From NCBI GenBank assembly GCA_903891315.1, contig CAITEF010000248.1, forward strand, positions 1 through 50,481: 50,481 bases of DNA. The letters run 5' to 3'. Shown here piece by piece: positions 16,811-26,024 of this stretch. The notes beneath the pieces were generated by a model. The model was not told where the DNA came from. It worked only from the letters and a program-made list of their open reading frames with translations, and ran no database searches. The stretch is from an uncultured Rhodospirillales bacterium (GTDB taxonomy: Bacteria > Pseudomonadota > Alphaproteobacteria > Acetobacterales > Acetobacteraceae). The position numbers were made by a program, and so were the translations under genes. How positions within the stretch are numbered: the first letter of the stretch is position 1; every line of letters starts with the position of its first letter.

Positions 16811-17851
16811 ATGATGATGAAAGCCGCCGTGATGCGGGCGCATGGCGCGCCCGGAGTTCTGCAAATCGAGGATATGCCGATCCCGCAACCCGGGCCGGAT
16901 GAGGCTTTGGTGCGGGTGAAGGCGTCCGGTGTGTCGTATCACGACGTGGTCGAACGCAATGGCACCTATCGGGCGGATGCGCATTTCCCCGTCGTGCTGG
17001 GCTACGAGATCGCGGGTGTCGTTGAGAAAATCGGCGAGCGCGTGACCGGGGTGAAAATCGGCGACCGGGTGTGCTGCAAGGTGCATCACAGCTGCGGCCG
17101 CTGCCGCTATTGCCGCAACGGGATGGAGACGGCGTGTGCGAAACGTCGCTCGGTGCATGGCGGTTACGCCGAGTTCGTGGTGCTGGCCGATGAAGTTCTG
17201 GTCAAGCTGCCCGACGCGGTGGATTTCGCCAGCGGCTGCATGATCGGCCCGACCATCGGCGTCGCGCTCAACGCGGTGCGCGACGTGGCGAAGGTGCGGC
17301 TTGGTGATCGCGTGCTGGTCACCGGGGCGAGCGGCGGGTTGGGCCTGCCCTCCATCGAACTCGCGAAATCGGCCGGGGCCACGGTGATCGCCCACACGCG
17401 CTCGGAGGCAAAGGCACAGGCTTTGCGCGACATTGGGGCGGATCATGTCGTGGTCGCGGGCGATCGCGTCGATTTCTCCGATCAGGTGATGGCACTGACC
17501 AATGGCGATGGGGTGGAGGTGGTGATCGACAATGTCGGCAGCCGCGTCTTCACGCCGTGCTTCAAGAGCCTCGCCATGGGCGGGCGCTACGCCTTCGTCG
17601 GACAGTTGTTCAAGGAACAGATCTCGATCAACCCCGCCCGCATCTTCTTCCGCCGCGCCCAATTGCTCGGCGTCGGCAGCGTGCGGCGCGATCAGTTGGA
17701 GGATGCGGTGCGGCTGGTCGCCGACGGCAAAGTGCGCTGCCACGTCGCCGCCGAGATGCCGCTCGCCGAGGTCGCCGAAGCCCATGCCCGTGTTGAGGCG
17801 GGCAATGTGGTGGGCCGCATTGTGCTGATTCCAGGAGAGATTACGCCATGA
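16811..17851 (+). CDS. Zn-type medium-chain dehydrogenase/reductase (MDR)
   Basis: 346 aa with a GroES-like N terminus, structural Zn cluster CGRCRYCRNGMETAC and Rossmann motif VLVTGASGGLG. Confidence 0.85.
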   Translation: MMMKAAVMRAHGAPGVLQIEDMPIPQPGPDEALVRVKASGVSYHDVVERNGTYRADAHFPVVLGYEIAGVVEKIGERVTGVKIGDRVCCKVHHSCGRCRYCRNGMETACAKRRSVHGGYAEFVVLADEVLVKLPDAVDFASGCMIGPTIGVALNAVRDVAKVRLGDRVLVTGASGGLGLPSIELAKSAGATVIAHTRSEAKAQALRDIGADHVVVAGDRVDFSDQVMALTNGDGVEVVIDNVGSRVFTPCFKSLAMGGRYAFVGQLFKEQISINPARIFFRRAQLLGVGSVRRDQLEDAVRLVADGKVRCHVAAEMPLAEVAEAHARVEAGNVVGRIVLIPGEITP

Positions 17852-19044
17852 CCGACCAATTACCGCTCGCCGGTCTCAAAGTGGCCGATTTCACCCAAGT
17901 GATGTCCGGGCCGACCGGCACGATGCTGCTCGCCGATTTCGGCGCGGATGTGACCAAGATCGAACCTCCCACCGGTGATGGCTCGCGGCGTTGGGGCAGC
18001 AACCGTTATGGCGACACCGATCAGTTCAGCGCGCTCTATCTCTCGCTCAACCGCAACAAGCGCAGCATCGCGCTCGATCTGAAATCGCCGGACGGGCTGG
18101 CGATTGCGCGCAAGATCATTCTGCAATCCGACATTCTGGTCGAGAACTTCAAGCCCGGCGTGATGAAGCGGTTGGGGCTGGGCTACGAGCAACTCTCGGT
18201 CGAGCATCCCGGCCTGATCTATTGCTCGATCTCCGGCTTCGGCCAGACCGGCCCGCTGTCGCACCGACCCGGCTATGACCAACTGATGCAGGCCTATGCC
18301 GGGCTGCTCAGCATCACCGGCGAACAGGGACGCCCCGCCGTGCGCATCGGGCCGACGGCGATTGATATTCTCACCGGCACGCACGGGGTGGTTGGCATTC
18401 TGGCCGCGCTGCGGGATCGGGATCGCACCGGCAAGGGGCAACTGGTGGACACCTCGCTCTATGAGGCGGCGGTGCATCTGATGACGCAGTGGATTTGCGA
18501 CTACTCGATCAGCAAGGTGCCGCCCGGACGATCAGGGCCGTATTTCCCGTTCACAGCGCCTTACGGGATTTTCCAGGCGCAGGACCGCGAGTTCTATATC
18601 GGCGTCGGCAATCAGAAGATGTGGGAGGCGTTCTGCCGCGAGCTTGGTCTGGAGGCGTTGCTAGAAGACAAGCAGTTCAGCAGCAACCGCCTGCGCGCCA
18701 AGAACCAGCGTGTGCTGTATGACGTGCTGGAGCCGCTGTTCCGCTCCAAGCCGGTCCAGGTCTGGGTGGATATGTGCGAGCGGCTCAGCATTCCCTACAG
18801 TCTGATCACCAGCGTGGATGAAGTGGTGAAACAGGAGCAGGCGCTGTCGCGCAAAGCGGTGGTGCCGATTGACGGGATGGCGCCGCTGCTGATGGCGGGT
18901 CTGCCGATCAAGCTGTCGCGCACGCCGGGTTCGATCCGCCGCTCACCGCCGGCGATCAGCGGCAATGCCGACGAGATCCTCGGTGAATTGGGATATTCGG
19001 CGGAGGACATCGCGCGGATGCGGCAGGCGGGGGGCGTGGTCTGA
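17848..19044 (+). CDS. Family III CoA-transferase (CaiB/BaiF), canonical GYD type
   Basis: LKVADFTQVMSGPTGTMLLADFGADVTKIEPPTGD and SGFGQTGPLSHRPGYDQLMQAYAGLLSITG. Confidence 0.88.
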   Translation: MTDQLPLAGLKVADFTQVMSGPTGTMLLADFGADVTKIEPPTGDGSRRWGSNRYGDTDQFSALYLSLNRNKRSIALDLKSPDGLAIARKIILQSDILVENFKPGVMKRLGLGYEQLSVEHPGLIYCSISGFGQTGPLSHRPGYDQLMQAYAGLLSITGEQGRPAVRIGPTAIDILTGTHGVVGILAALRDRDRTGKGQLVDTSLYEAAVHLMTQWICDYSISKVPPGRSGPYFPFTAPYGIFQAQDREFYIGVGNQKMWEAFCRELGLEALLEDKQFSSNRLRAKNQRVLYDVLEPLFRSKPVQVWVDMCERLSIPYSLITSVDEVVKQEQALSRKAVVPIDGMAPLLMAGLPIKLSRTPGSIRRSPPAISGNADEILGELGYSAEDIARMRQAGGVV

Positions 19045-20237
19045 TGGCTGGTCCCGTCGCACCGCGCACGGCGATTGTCGGCGTCGGAAAGGCCGGGATG
19101 GCGCAGGCAGGGCTTGCCCAGACGGCGACCGCGATGGCGAGCGAGGCGGTGAGCATGGCGCTCGCCGATGCCGGGCTGGAGCGGGCGCAGATCGATGGTC
19201 TGGTTGTCCATATCGGCTCGCCGCGCGGCAATGATTACGATCTGGCCGCAAGCCTGCTCGGGCTGAATGTCCGCTTCGCCGCACAGCCCTGGAACCATGG
19301 CCGCTTCGGTGCCACCGCCATTCAGCACGCGGCGATGGCGCTCTCTGCCGGGCTTGCTGACCGTGTGCTCTGCCTCGCCGCCTACAAGAATGCGAGCTTC
19401 GGCACCCACGGCACCAAGGAGCGCCCCGGCTTTCAGGAATCGCTGCGCATTGGCGGCGGTCCGCATGCCGAGACGCCCTATGTCGGGCTGACCGGCCCGG
19501 TGGCGGGGGCCGCGATGGCGTTTCAGCGCTACTGCCACAAATACAATGTCAGCGCCGAGCAACTGGCCGCCGTGGCGCTGGCCTGCCGCCGCCATGCGCA
19601 GAAGAATCCGGATGCGATGATGCAGAAGGACCTGACGCCGGAACTCTATGCCGAGGCGCGTTTTATCGTGGAGCCGCTACGGCTGTTCGATTGTTCGGTG
19701 CTGGTCGATGGTGCCGTCGCCCTGATCATGACGCGCGATGACCTGGCGCAGGGCAATCCGCGCGCGGTGCATCTGCTGGGCATGCAAGGGATCAATGCCG
19801 GTCCGAACGAATTCATCTTCGGTCAGCCCGGCCTGGGCATCAATCAGGCGGCGGTTTTCGATTTCGATCCGAAGCCGTCTGAGCAATTGGCGTATCGGAT
19901 GGCGGGGCTGAGCCCGGCGGACGTCGATGCGTTCTATGTCTATGACGCGTTCTCGCCGCTGGTGCTGTGGTCGCTGGAGCGGTTCGGCCATTGCCGGGTC
20001 GGCGAGGGGATGGAGTTCGTCCAAGGCGGGCGGATCGAGTTGGGCGGGCAGATGCCGGTCAACACCAATGGCGGCATGCTCTCGGAGGGGCATCTGAACG
20101 GCTGGGGCCATTTCATCGAGATGGTGCGGCAGGTGCGTGGTGAGGCTGGGCCGCGTCAGGTGGCGGGTTTGAAGGTCGCGCAATGGGGGACGTGTCTGGG
20201 TGACAGCCTGATCTTCGGCAGGGAGCCACAGGCATGA
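19044..20237 (+). CDS. Thiolase-fold protein (SCP-x/DUF35-associated type)
   Basis: 397 aa with TAIVGVGKAG...VNTNGGMLSEGHLNGWGHF. It is a paralog of 13001-14185. Confidence 0.8.
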   Translation: MAGPVAPRTAIVGVGKAGMAQAGLAQTATAMASEAVSMALADAGLERAQIDGLVVHIGSPRGNDYDLAASLLGLNVRFAAQPWNHGRFGATAIQHAAMALSAGLADRVLCLAAYKNASFGTHGTKERPGFQESLRIGGGPHAETPYVGLTGPVAGAAMAFQRYCHKYNVSAEQLAAVALACRRHAQKNPDAMMQKDLTPELYAEARFIVEPLRLFDCSVLVDGAVALIMTRDDLAQGNPRAVHLLGMQGINAGPNEFIFGQPGLGINQAAVFDFDPKPSEQLAYRMAGLSPADVDAFYVYDAFSPLVLWSLERFGHCRVGEGMEFVQGGRIELGGQMPVNTNGGMLSEGHLNGWGHFIEMVRQVRGEAGPRQVAGLKVAQWGTCLGDSLIFGREPQA

Positions 20238-21100
20238 ATCTCGCCCAAGCTCTGTTGAGCGGATTGCTGATCGGCGGCGTCTACGGACTGTTCTCCATCG
20301 GGTTCAGCCTCGCATTTGGCGTCATGCGCATCGTCAACTTCGCGCATGGCGGCGTGGTGATGCTGGGGATGTATGTGGGTCTCTACGCCTTCGACGCTTC
20401 GGGGATCGATTTGCTGGTCTCGATCCCGGCGGCGCTGATCGCGGGCGGGCTGCTAGGTGCGACGTTGTATGTCACCTTCTATGCCCGCTTCGTGGGCAAG
20501 GCGACGTTGCAGCAATTGCTGCTCGCGATCGCACTTGGGCTGATCATCCAGGTGCTGGCGCAGATGGCGTTTGGACCCAATGCGCAGTCCATCCGTTCCG
20601 CCTGGGGTTCGCAATATCTGATCATCGGCACGATGTTCGCCTCCTATGCGCAAATCGCGGCGTTCGGTGTCGCGGTGGTGGCGACACTGGCGGTCGAGGC
20701 GTTGCTGCACGGCACGCGCTGGGGCCACGCGGTGCGCGCGGTTGCCGATGATGCGGAGGCGGCGGGGATTGTCGGGCTCGATGCCCAGCGCATCAATCTC
20801 GGCGCGTTCAGCCTGTCTTGCGCGCTGGCCGCGTTGGCGGGTTCGGTGCTGGTGACCTACTACCCGGTCTCCCCGCCGGTCGGCTTCGGGCTGATGCCGA
20901 TTGCACTCATTGCGACCGTTATTGGCGGACTCGGCAGCGTGAAAGGTGCGTTCTTCGGCGGGTTGATCTGCGGTGTCGTCGAGCAGGTGGCCTCGACGGC
21001 CTGGACGCCTGCTTTGCAGGATGTGCCGCTTTACGCCCTGCTTCTCATTTTCCTCGCTGTGCGGCCCTTCGGGCTGTTCGGCCGACCATCGGCGCATTGA
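20234..21100 (+). CDS. Branched-chain amino acid-type ABC permease (LivH-like)
   Basis: 288 aa. MNLAQALLSGLLIGGVYGLFSIGFSLAFGVMRIVNFAHG. Confidence 0.85.
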   Translation: MNLAQALLSGLLIGGVYGLFSIGFSLAFGVMRIVNFAHGGVVMLGMYVGLYAFDASGIDLLVSIPAALIAGGLLGATLYVTFYARFVGKATLQQLLLAIALGLIIQVLAQMAFGPNAQSIRSAWGSQYLIIGTMFASYAQIAAFGVAVVATLAVEALLHGTRWGHAVRAVADDAEAAGIVGLDAQRINLGAFSLSCALAALAGSVLVTYYPVSPPVGFGLMPIALIATVIGGLGSVKGAFFGGLICGVVEQVASTAWTPALQDVPLYALLLIFLAVRPFGLFGRPSAH

Positions 21101-22071
21101 TGATGACCCGCTTCTCTTTCAACTGGATCGGGATCGCCTGCGTGCTCGCGGTGGCGAGCCTGCCGGCTTGGCCGTTCTCGGATTCCTACATTGTGGCGGC
21201 GGTGATCCGCACGCTGATCTTCATCGCCCTCGGACAGGCCTGGAACGTGATCGCGGGGATTGGCGGGCAGCTCTCGCTCGGCCATGGCGTGTTCTTCGGG
21301 CTGGGAGCCTATGCGACGGCCATCTTGTTCAACCTCTGGGGCGTGCCGCCTTGGATCGGAGTCTGGGCCGGGATGCTGGCGGCAGCTTTGGTCGCTGTGG
21401 CGATTGGCGGCATCACCTTCCGGCTGCGTGGCGTGTATTTCGCGCTGGCCACCGTGGTGATCTCGCTTGCCTTCGAGAAACTGGCGCGGTTTTTCGTCGA
21501 TCTCACCGGCGGCGACGCGGGCTTCGCTTTGCAGTTCCTCGGCGATTCCTGGTGGGGCCTGCAATCCCGCGAACCGACGCCGTTCCTATGGCCCGCATTG
21601 GCGCTGGTGGTGGGCTATTACATGCTGACCCGCTGGCTGCTGCGCAGCCGATTCGGCCTGGAATTGCAGGCGGTGCGCGACGACGAGGATGCGGCCACCG
21701 CCGCCGGTGTCGCGGTGTTTCGCACCAAGCTGATGGGGCTGCTGCTGAGTGCGGTGATGACGGCCCTTGTCGGCACGCTGCATGTGCAGTTCTACCTCAC
21801 CATCGACCCCGGCAACGCATTCGGGCTGTTCCAGGCGGTGCAGATTCAGCTGCCCTCGCTGATCGGCGGACTTGGCACTGCGATCGGGCCGGTGCTGGGC
21901 GGTGCCGTGATGATCATTGCCAACGAGGCAACCAACTGGGCGTCGTCGCGCTTCGATGTGCCGGGGCTGGATGTGCTGGCCTATGGCGGATTGCTGCTGT
22001 TCATCGTCATCCGCGCGCCGGAGGGATTGTCTGGCCCGCTCTCGGCGATGCTGCGTCGGAGGCCACGCTGA
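21100..22071 (+). CDS. Branched-chain amino acid-type ABC permease (LivM-like)
   Basis: The ATG at 21100 (MMTRFSFNWIGIACVLAV...) shares 1 nt with the upstream TGA. The longer N-terminal extension in the ORF track is Arg-rich out-of-context sequence. Confidence 0.85.
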   Translation: MMTRFSFNWIGIACVLAVASLPAWPFSDSYIVAAVIRTLIFIALGQAWNVIAGIGGQLSLGHGVFFGLGAYATAILFNLWGVPPWIGVWAGMLAAALVAVAIGGITFRLRGVYFALATVVISLAFEKLARFFVDLTGGDAGFALQFLGDSWWGLQSREPTPFLWPALALVVGYYMLTRWLLRSRFGLELQAVRDDEDAATAAGVAVFRTKLMGLLLSAVMTALVGTLHVQFYLTIDPGNAFGLFQAVQIQLPSLIGGLGTAIGPVLGGAVMIIANEATNWASSRFDVPGLDVLAYGGLLLFIVIRAPEGLSGPLSAMLRRRPR

Positions 22072-22805
22072 TGGCGGCATTTTTGTTGGAAGTCGCCGAT
22101 GTCTCCAAGGTCTTTGGCGGACTGGTGGCACTGAAGAGTGTCTCCTTCGCCATCGAGGAAGGTGAGGTGGTTGGGCTGATCGGGCCGAATGGCGCGGGCA
22201 AATCGACATTGTTCGAGGTGGTCAGTGGCGGCATGCGCCCGACCGGCGGGACGATTCGCTATCAGGGTGAGGACATCACCAACCTGCCCGCCCATCTACG
22301 CCGCCGCGCCGGGATGAGCCGGACATTTCAGAAGATCAGGTTGTTCAACAACCTCACGGTCGAACAGAACCTTGCGGTGGCCGCGATGCAGTCCACGCCT
22401 GCTGGGCGGACCTGGAAATCCGAGGTTCAGTCCGCGTTGATCCGGCTTCGGCTGACCGGGCTGGTTGACCGCAAACCCTCAGAACTCACCTTGGCCGACC
22501 GCAAGAAGGTCGAGATCGGTCGCGCCATTGTGGGTCATTGCCGGATGCTGATGCTCGACGAGAGCCTGTCTGGCCTGACGCGCGATGAGGCTGATGATCT
22601 GGTGGGCGAAATTCTTGCGCTTAACCGCGATCTCGGCGTGACGATCCTGGTGGTGGAGCATGTCATGCCAGTGGTGATGGCGATGGCGCGAAGGCTGTTG
22701 GTGCTGGATTACGGCACCATCATCGCCAACGGATTGCCCGCTGAGGTCGCGCGCAACCCCGATGTGATCACCGCCTATCTCGGCACCAAGAAGGGGGCGA
22801 CATGA
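22071..22805 (+). CDS. Branched-chain amino acid-type ABC ATPase (LivG-like)
   Basis: The ATG at 22071 gives MAAFLLEVADVSKVFGGLVALKSVSFAIEEGEVVGLIGPNGAGKSTLFEV, followed by MLMLDESLSGL. Confidence 0.88.
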   Translation: MAAFLLEVADVSKVFGGLVALKSVSFAIEEGEVVGLIGPNGAGKSTLFEVVSGGMRPTGGTIRYQGEDITNLPAHLRRRAGMSRTFQKIRLFNNLTVEQNLAVAAMQSTPAGRTWKSEVQSALIRLRLTGLVDRKPSELTLADRKKVEIGRAIVGHCRMLMLDESLSGLTRDEADDLVGEILALNRDLGVTILVVEHVMPVVMAMARRLLVLDYGTIIANGLPAEVARNPDVITAYLGTKKGAT

Positions 22806-23518
22806 GCGAGGTTCTGCGCGTCGAAGGCCTCTCCGCTGGCTACGGCGATCTGATCGCGGTGCATGACGTCTCTTTCTCCATCGGCCAGGGCGATGTGTTC
22901 GTACTGCTCGGGGCGAATGGCGCGGGCAAGACGACGATTCTGCGCTGCATCACTGGGCTGATGTCGCCGCGCCAGGGCCGCATCATTGCGGGTGGTGCCG
23001 AGTTGATTGGCAAGAAAGCGCATGAGGTGGCCAAGCTTGGCGTCTCGCACGTGCCGGAGGGGCGGCGGGTGTTCACCCATTTGTCGGTGGAAGAAAATCT
23101 CGGCGTTAGCTTCATCGACGCCCGCGCCAAGGGCCGGACCCTGCGTCAGGCGATTGACGAGATATACGCTCTGTTCCCGCGCCTGAGCGAACGACGCAAG
23201 CAACATGCGGGGACGATGAGTGGTGGCGAGCAGCAGATGCTCGCCATCGGCCGTGCGCTGATGAACGCACCCGATCTGCTGATGTTGGATGAACCGTCAC
23301 TCGGCCTGTCGCCGTTGATGGCCGAGCTGGTGTTCGAGCGTCTGGCGGTGATCCGCGCGGGCGGGACGTCGATTTTGCTGGTCGAGCAGAACTCGTCCTG
23401 TTTGGAACTTGCGGATCGTGGACTGATGCTGGCCAACGGGCATGTGGTGTTGGCGGGCGACCGCGCGGCACTTGAGGATTCGGATATGGTGCGACGCGCC
23501 TATCTCGGGACGAACTGA
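22802..23518 (+). CDS. Branched-chain amino acid-type ABC ATPase (LivF-like)
   Basis: 238 aa with GANGAGKTTILRCI, MSGGEQQMLAIGRAL and LLMLDEPS. Confidence 0.9.
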   Translation: MSEVLRVEGLSAGYGDLIAVHDVSFSIGQGDVFVLLGANGAGKTTILRCITGLMSPRQGRIIAGGAELIGKKAHEVAKLGVSHVPEGRRVFTHLSVEENLGVSFIDARAKGRTLRQAIDEIYALFPRLSERRKQHAGTMSGGEQQMLAIGRALMNAPDLLMLDEPSLGLSPLMAELVFERLAVIRAGGTSILLVEQNSSCLELADRGLMLANGHVVLAGDRAALEDSDMVRRAYLGTN

Positions 23519-23551
23519 ACGAACTCAAGAACAGACGTCATGGAGGCCAAG

Positions 23552-24763
23552 ATGATCATCAAACGTAGAGACTTCGCAGCCCTCGGCATCGGTGCCACCG
23601 CAACGCTCGCAGCTCCGCGCATTTTGCGCGCGGAGGAGCCCGAGATTGTCATCGGCGCGCCCAACGCGCTCACCGGTGGCTATGGCGAGGCGAGCCAGCG
23701 TTATGCCCAAGGCTTGCAGGCCGCTGTCGCGCATATCAACGAATTGGGCGGCATCAAGTCGCTTGGTGGCGCGAAACTTCGTGCCGTGGTCGCCGACACC
23801 TCAGGCGACAACCCCGCCCAGGCCGCGAGCGTGACGCGGCGGATGATCACCGAGGACAAGGCGGTGGCGCTGGTGGGCTGCAATGTGAGCGCGATGACGC
23901 TCTCAGCCCAGGTTGAGGCTGAGCGTGGTCGGATTCCGCTGATCACCGCCTCGTATGCCGACCAGATCACCCAGCGCGGCATGCAATACACGTTCAAACT
24001 CTCCCGCCTCGGCAGCGAGATCTTCGGCATGGGGCTGACCTATGCCGTGGACATGATGACAGCGCGTGACGGCAAGCGGCCAACCAGGCTCGCCGTCTAC
24101 ACCGCGTCCGACGCATCGAGCATGGCGGTGGGTGCCGCCGCCGAGAAGCTGGCCAAAGCCAACAATCTGGAGATGGTGGGACGCGTCGCCTATCCGTCCA
24201 ATGTCACCGACGCCACACCGATCATCGGCTCGGTGCTGCAATCGCGGCCCGATCTGATCATGATGAGCTCGGCGACGGATGATCTGATCTTCGTCGTCCG
24301 TGCCCTGCGTGGTGCCGGCGTGAAAGTGCCGATCGTCTCGGGTGGCGGTGCCATCGCCTCGGACACGGCGGGGCGCAGCCTTGGTGCGGCCGCCAACGGG
24401 CTGATCGGCACGGTGGATTGGAACGGCGACCTCAACCTGCCGGGTGTGAAGGAGATTGTGGAGGGCTATCACAAGATGTTCCCCAACAATCCCTATCCGC
24501 CGTCCTCCGAGCAATTGGGCACCGGCTATGTTGCGGGGCTGATCTTTGCCGAGGCGATGGAGAAGTCCGCCAGCCGCGATCCGCAGAAGATCCGCGACTA
24601 TATCTCGGCGCATGAATTCGACATGCCGTTGCCGGGCGGCAAGGTGGCGTTCGACGAGAAGGGTCTGACCAAGACCTCGATCCCAGTGATGGTCGGCTGG
24701 ACCGGCGGACATCTGCGCACGATCTGGCCGAAGGAATTCCAGACCACGAGCCCGGATTTCTAA
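23552..24763 (+). CDS. ABC substrate-binding protein, LivK/Peripla_BP_6 type, Tat-like signal
   Basis: The ATG at 23552 has GGAGG 5 nt upstream. It reads MIIKRRDFAALGIGATATLAAPRILRA, then IVIGAPNALTGGYGEAS...INELGGI. There is an alternative start at 23540. Confidence 0.85.
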   Translation: MIIKRRDFAALGIGATATLAAPRILRAEEPEIVIGAPNALTGGYGEASQRYAQGLQAAVAHINELGGIKSLGGAKLRAVVADTSGDNPAQAASVTRRMITEDKAVALVGCNVSAMTLSAQVEAERGRIPLITASYADQITQRGMQYTFKLSRLGSEIFGMGLTYAVDMMTARDGKRPTRLAVYTASDASSMAVGAAAEKLAKANNLEMVGRVAYPSNVTDATPIIGSVLQSRPDLIMMSSATDDLIFVVRALRGAGVKVPIVSGGGAIASDTAGRSLGAAANGLIGTVDWNGDLNLPGVKEIVEGYHKMFPNNPYPPSSEQLGTGYVAGLIFAEAMEKSASRDPQKIRDYISAHEFDMPLPGGKVAFDEKGLTKTSIPVMVGWTGGHLRTIWPKEFQTTSPDF

Positions 24764-24764
24764 G

Positions 24765-25211
24765 ATGATGGACATTCTTGATCGCGCTTTCCCCGTCGAT
24801 CCGTCCGACCTGCTGCCGCCAGTCTCGCCGGACACTGCGGTGTTCTGGGAGGGGCTGGCCAAAGGGCGGTTGCAGGTGCAGGTGTGTGATTCCTGTAGCA
24901 AATCCCGCTTCCCGGTTGCCCCGGTCTGCCCACATTGCGGGGCGACGGGCTGGCAGTGGCGGGCGTTGTCGGAGCGCGGGCAGGTGCACAGCTGGGTGCG
25001 CTATCGTCGCAGCTTCCTGCCGGAATTCGCCGATGTGATGCCCTATGTGGTGGCCTGCGTGGAGTTTCCCGAAGGCGTGCGGATGTTCGGCTGGCTGGTC
25101 GATGCGCCGAAGGATGGTGCGGTCGAGATCGGTGCCGCGGTTCGGGCCGAGGCGGAACGATGGCCGGACGGGCGCTGCGTGGTGCGGTTTCGGTTGGCTA
25201 AGTTGCTCTAG
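24765..25211 (+). CDS. DUF35 Zn-ribbon/OB-fold protein
   Basis: 148 aa with a CDSC...CPHC ribbon. It is a paralog of 12576-13004. Confidence 0.8.
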   Translation: MMDILDRAFPVDPSDLLPPVSPDTAVFWEGLAKGRLQVQVCDSCSKSRFPVAPVCPHCGATGWQWRALSERGQVHSWVRYRRSFLPEFADVMPYVVACVEFPEGVRMFGWLVDAPKDGAVEIGAAVRAEAERWPDGRCVVRFRLAKLL

Positions 25212-25276
25212 AATCATAGGTTTTTAGAGAACGACCGTCCGGCTGATCGATTCCGATCGGTCGGACCGTGCCCTAG

Positions 25277-25357
25277 CCGTCATTGCGAGCGGAGCGTGGC
25301 AATCCATCGCCCCGCAGGCTGCATCGCGATGGATTGCTGCGCTTCGCTTGCAATGAC
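25277..25357 (+). repeat. Palindromic hairpin element (REP/MITE-like), copy 1
   Basis: A 33-nt left arm (25277-25309) pairs with a 33-nt right arm (25325-25357): 29 Watson-Crick plus 4 G:T pairs, with a 15-nt loop. The termini CGTCATTGCGAG...CTTGCAATGACG are shared with copy 2. Confidence 0.85.
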
Positions 25358-25378
25358 GATGAAGACGGGGAACAAAAA

Positions 25379-25936
25379 ATGCGACTGACCGAACTCACCG
25401 AAGCCAATATGACGCAAGCCCAGCGCGAGGCTGCGGCGGAGGCGATTGCGGGCGTGCGCGGGCGGGTGCCTGGGCCGATGCGGGCCTGGCTGCACAGCCC
25501 GATCTTCGCCGCGCGCGCACAGAATCTGGGCGGATTCCTGCGCTACGGCACCACGCTGGCCCCTGTCGCTTCCGAACTGGCGATCATCCTGACCGCTCGG
25601 CATGCCAGCTCTTCCTATGTTTGGAATTCCCATCTGAAAGAGGCGCTGGAGGCCGGGCTCGATCCCGCGATTGGGGAGGCTCTGCTCGCCAATCGGGAGC
25701 CCGAATTCGCCGATCCGATGTTACGGGTGGTCTTCGACTACGCGAACACATTGCTCGCCACCCGCCACATCCCGCAGGCCTTGCATGAGCGGGCGGTGGC
25801 GGCACTGGGGGAGACTGGCGTCGTCGAGTTGGTCGGAGTGATCGGCTATTATTCGCTGGTCACGCTGACGGTGAACGCGTTCGATTTCGCGATGCAGCCG
25901 GGCCGCGAAAAGGTGTTCCCGACGCCATCTACTTAA
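25379..25936 (+). CDS. Carboxymuconolactone decarboxylase (CMD/AhpD-like) family protein
   Basis: The ATG at 25379 gives MRLTELTEANMTQAQREAAAE...ELAIILTARHASSSYVWNSHLKEALEAGLD, a CMD-domain pattern. The upstream part of the track ORF lies inside the hairpin element. Confidence 0.7.
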   Translation: MRLTELTEANMTQAQREAAAEAIAGVRGRVPGPMRAWLHSPIFAARAQNLGGFLRYGTTLAPVASELAIILTARHASSSYVWNSHLKEALEAGLDPAIGEALLANREPEFADPMLRVVFDYANTLLATRHIPQALHERAVAALGETGVVELVGVIGYYSLVTLTVNAFDFAMQPGREKVFPTPST

Positions 25937-26024
25937 CCGCCGTAAAGCCCTTTCCATATCCGACACGCCGCGGCTACTCTGCGGTGGAATACCGGGACAA
26001 CCGGAACCCTTGGGGAGAGTGACG

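Noticed and set aside
25283-25378. N-terminal part of track ORF 25283-25936, and minus-strand ORF 25280-25633 containing VIASEAQQSI-type peptide.
   Set aside because: These codons are simply the arms of the palindromic hairpin element read as protein. The CMD-family gene starts at 25379.
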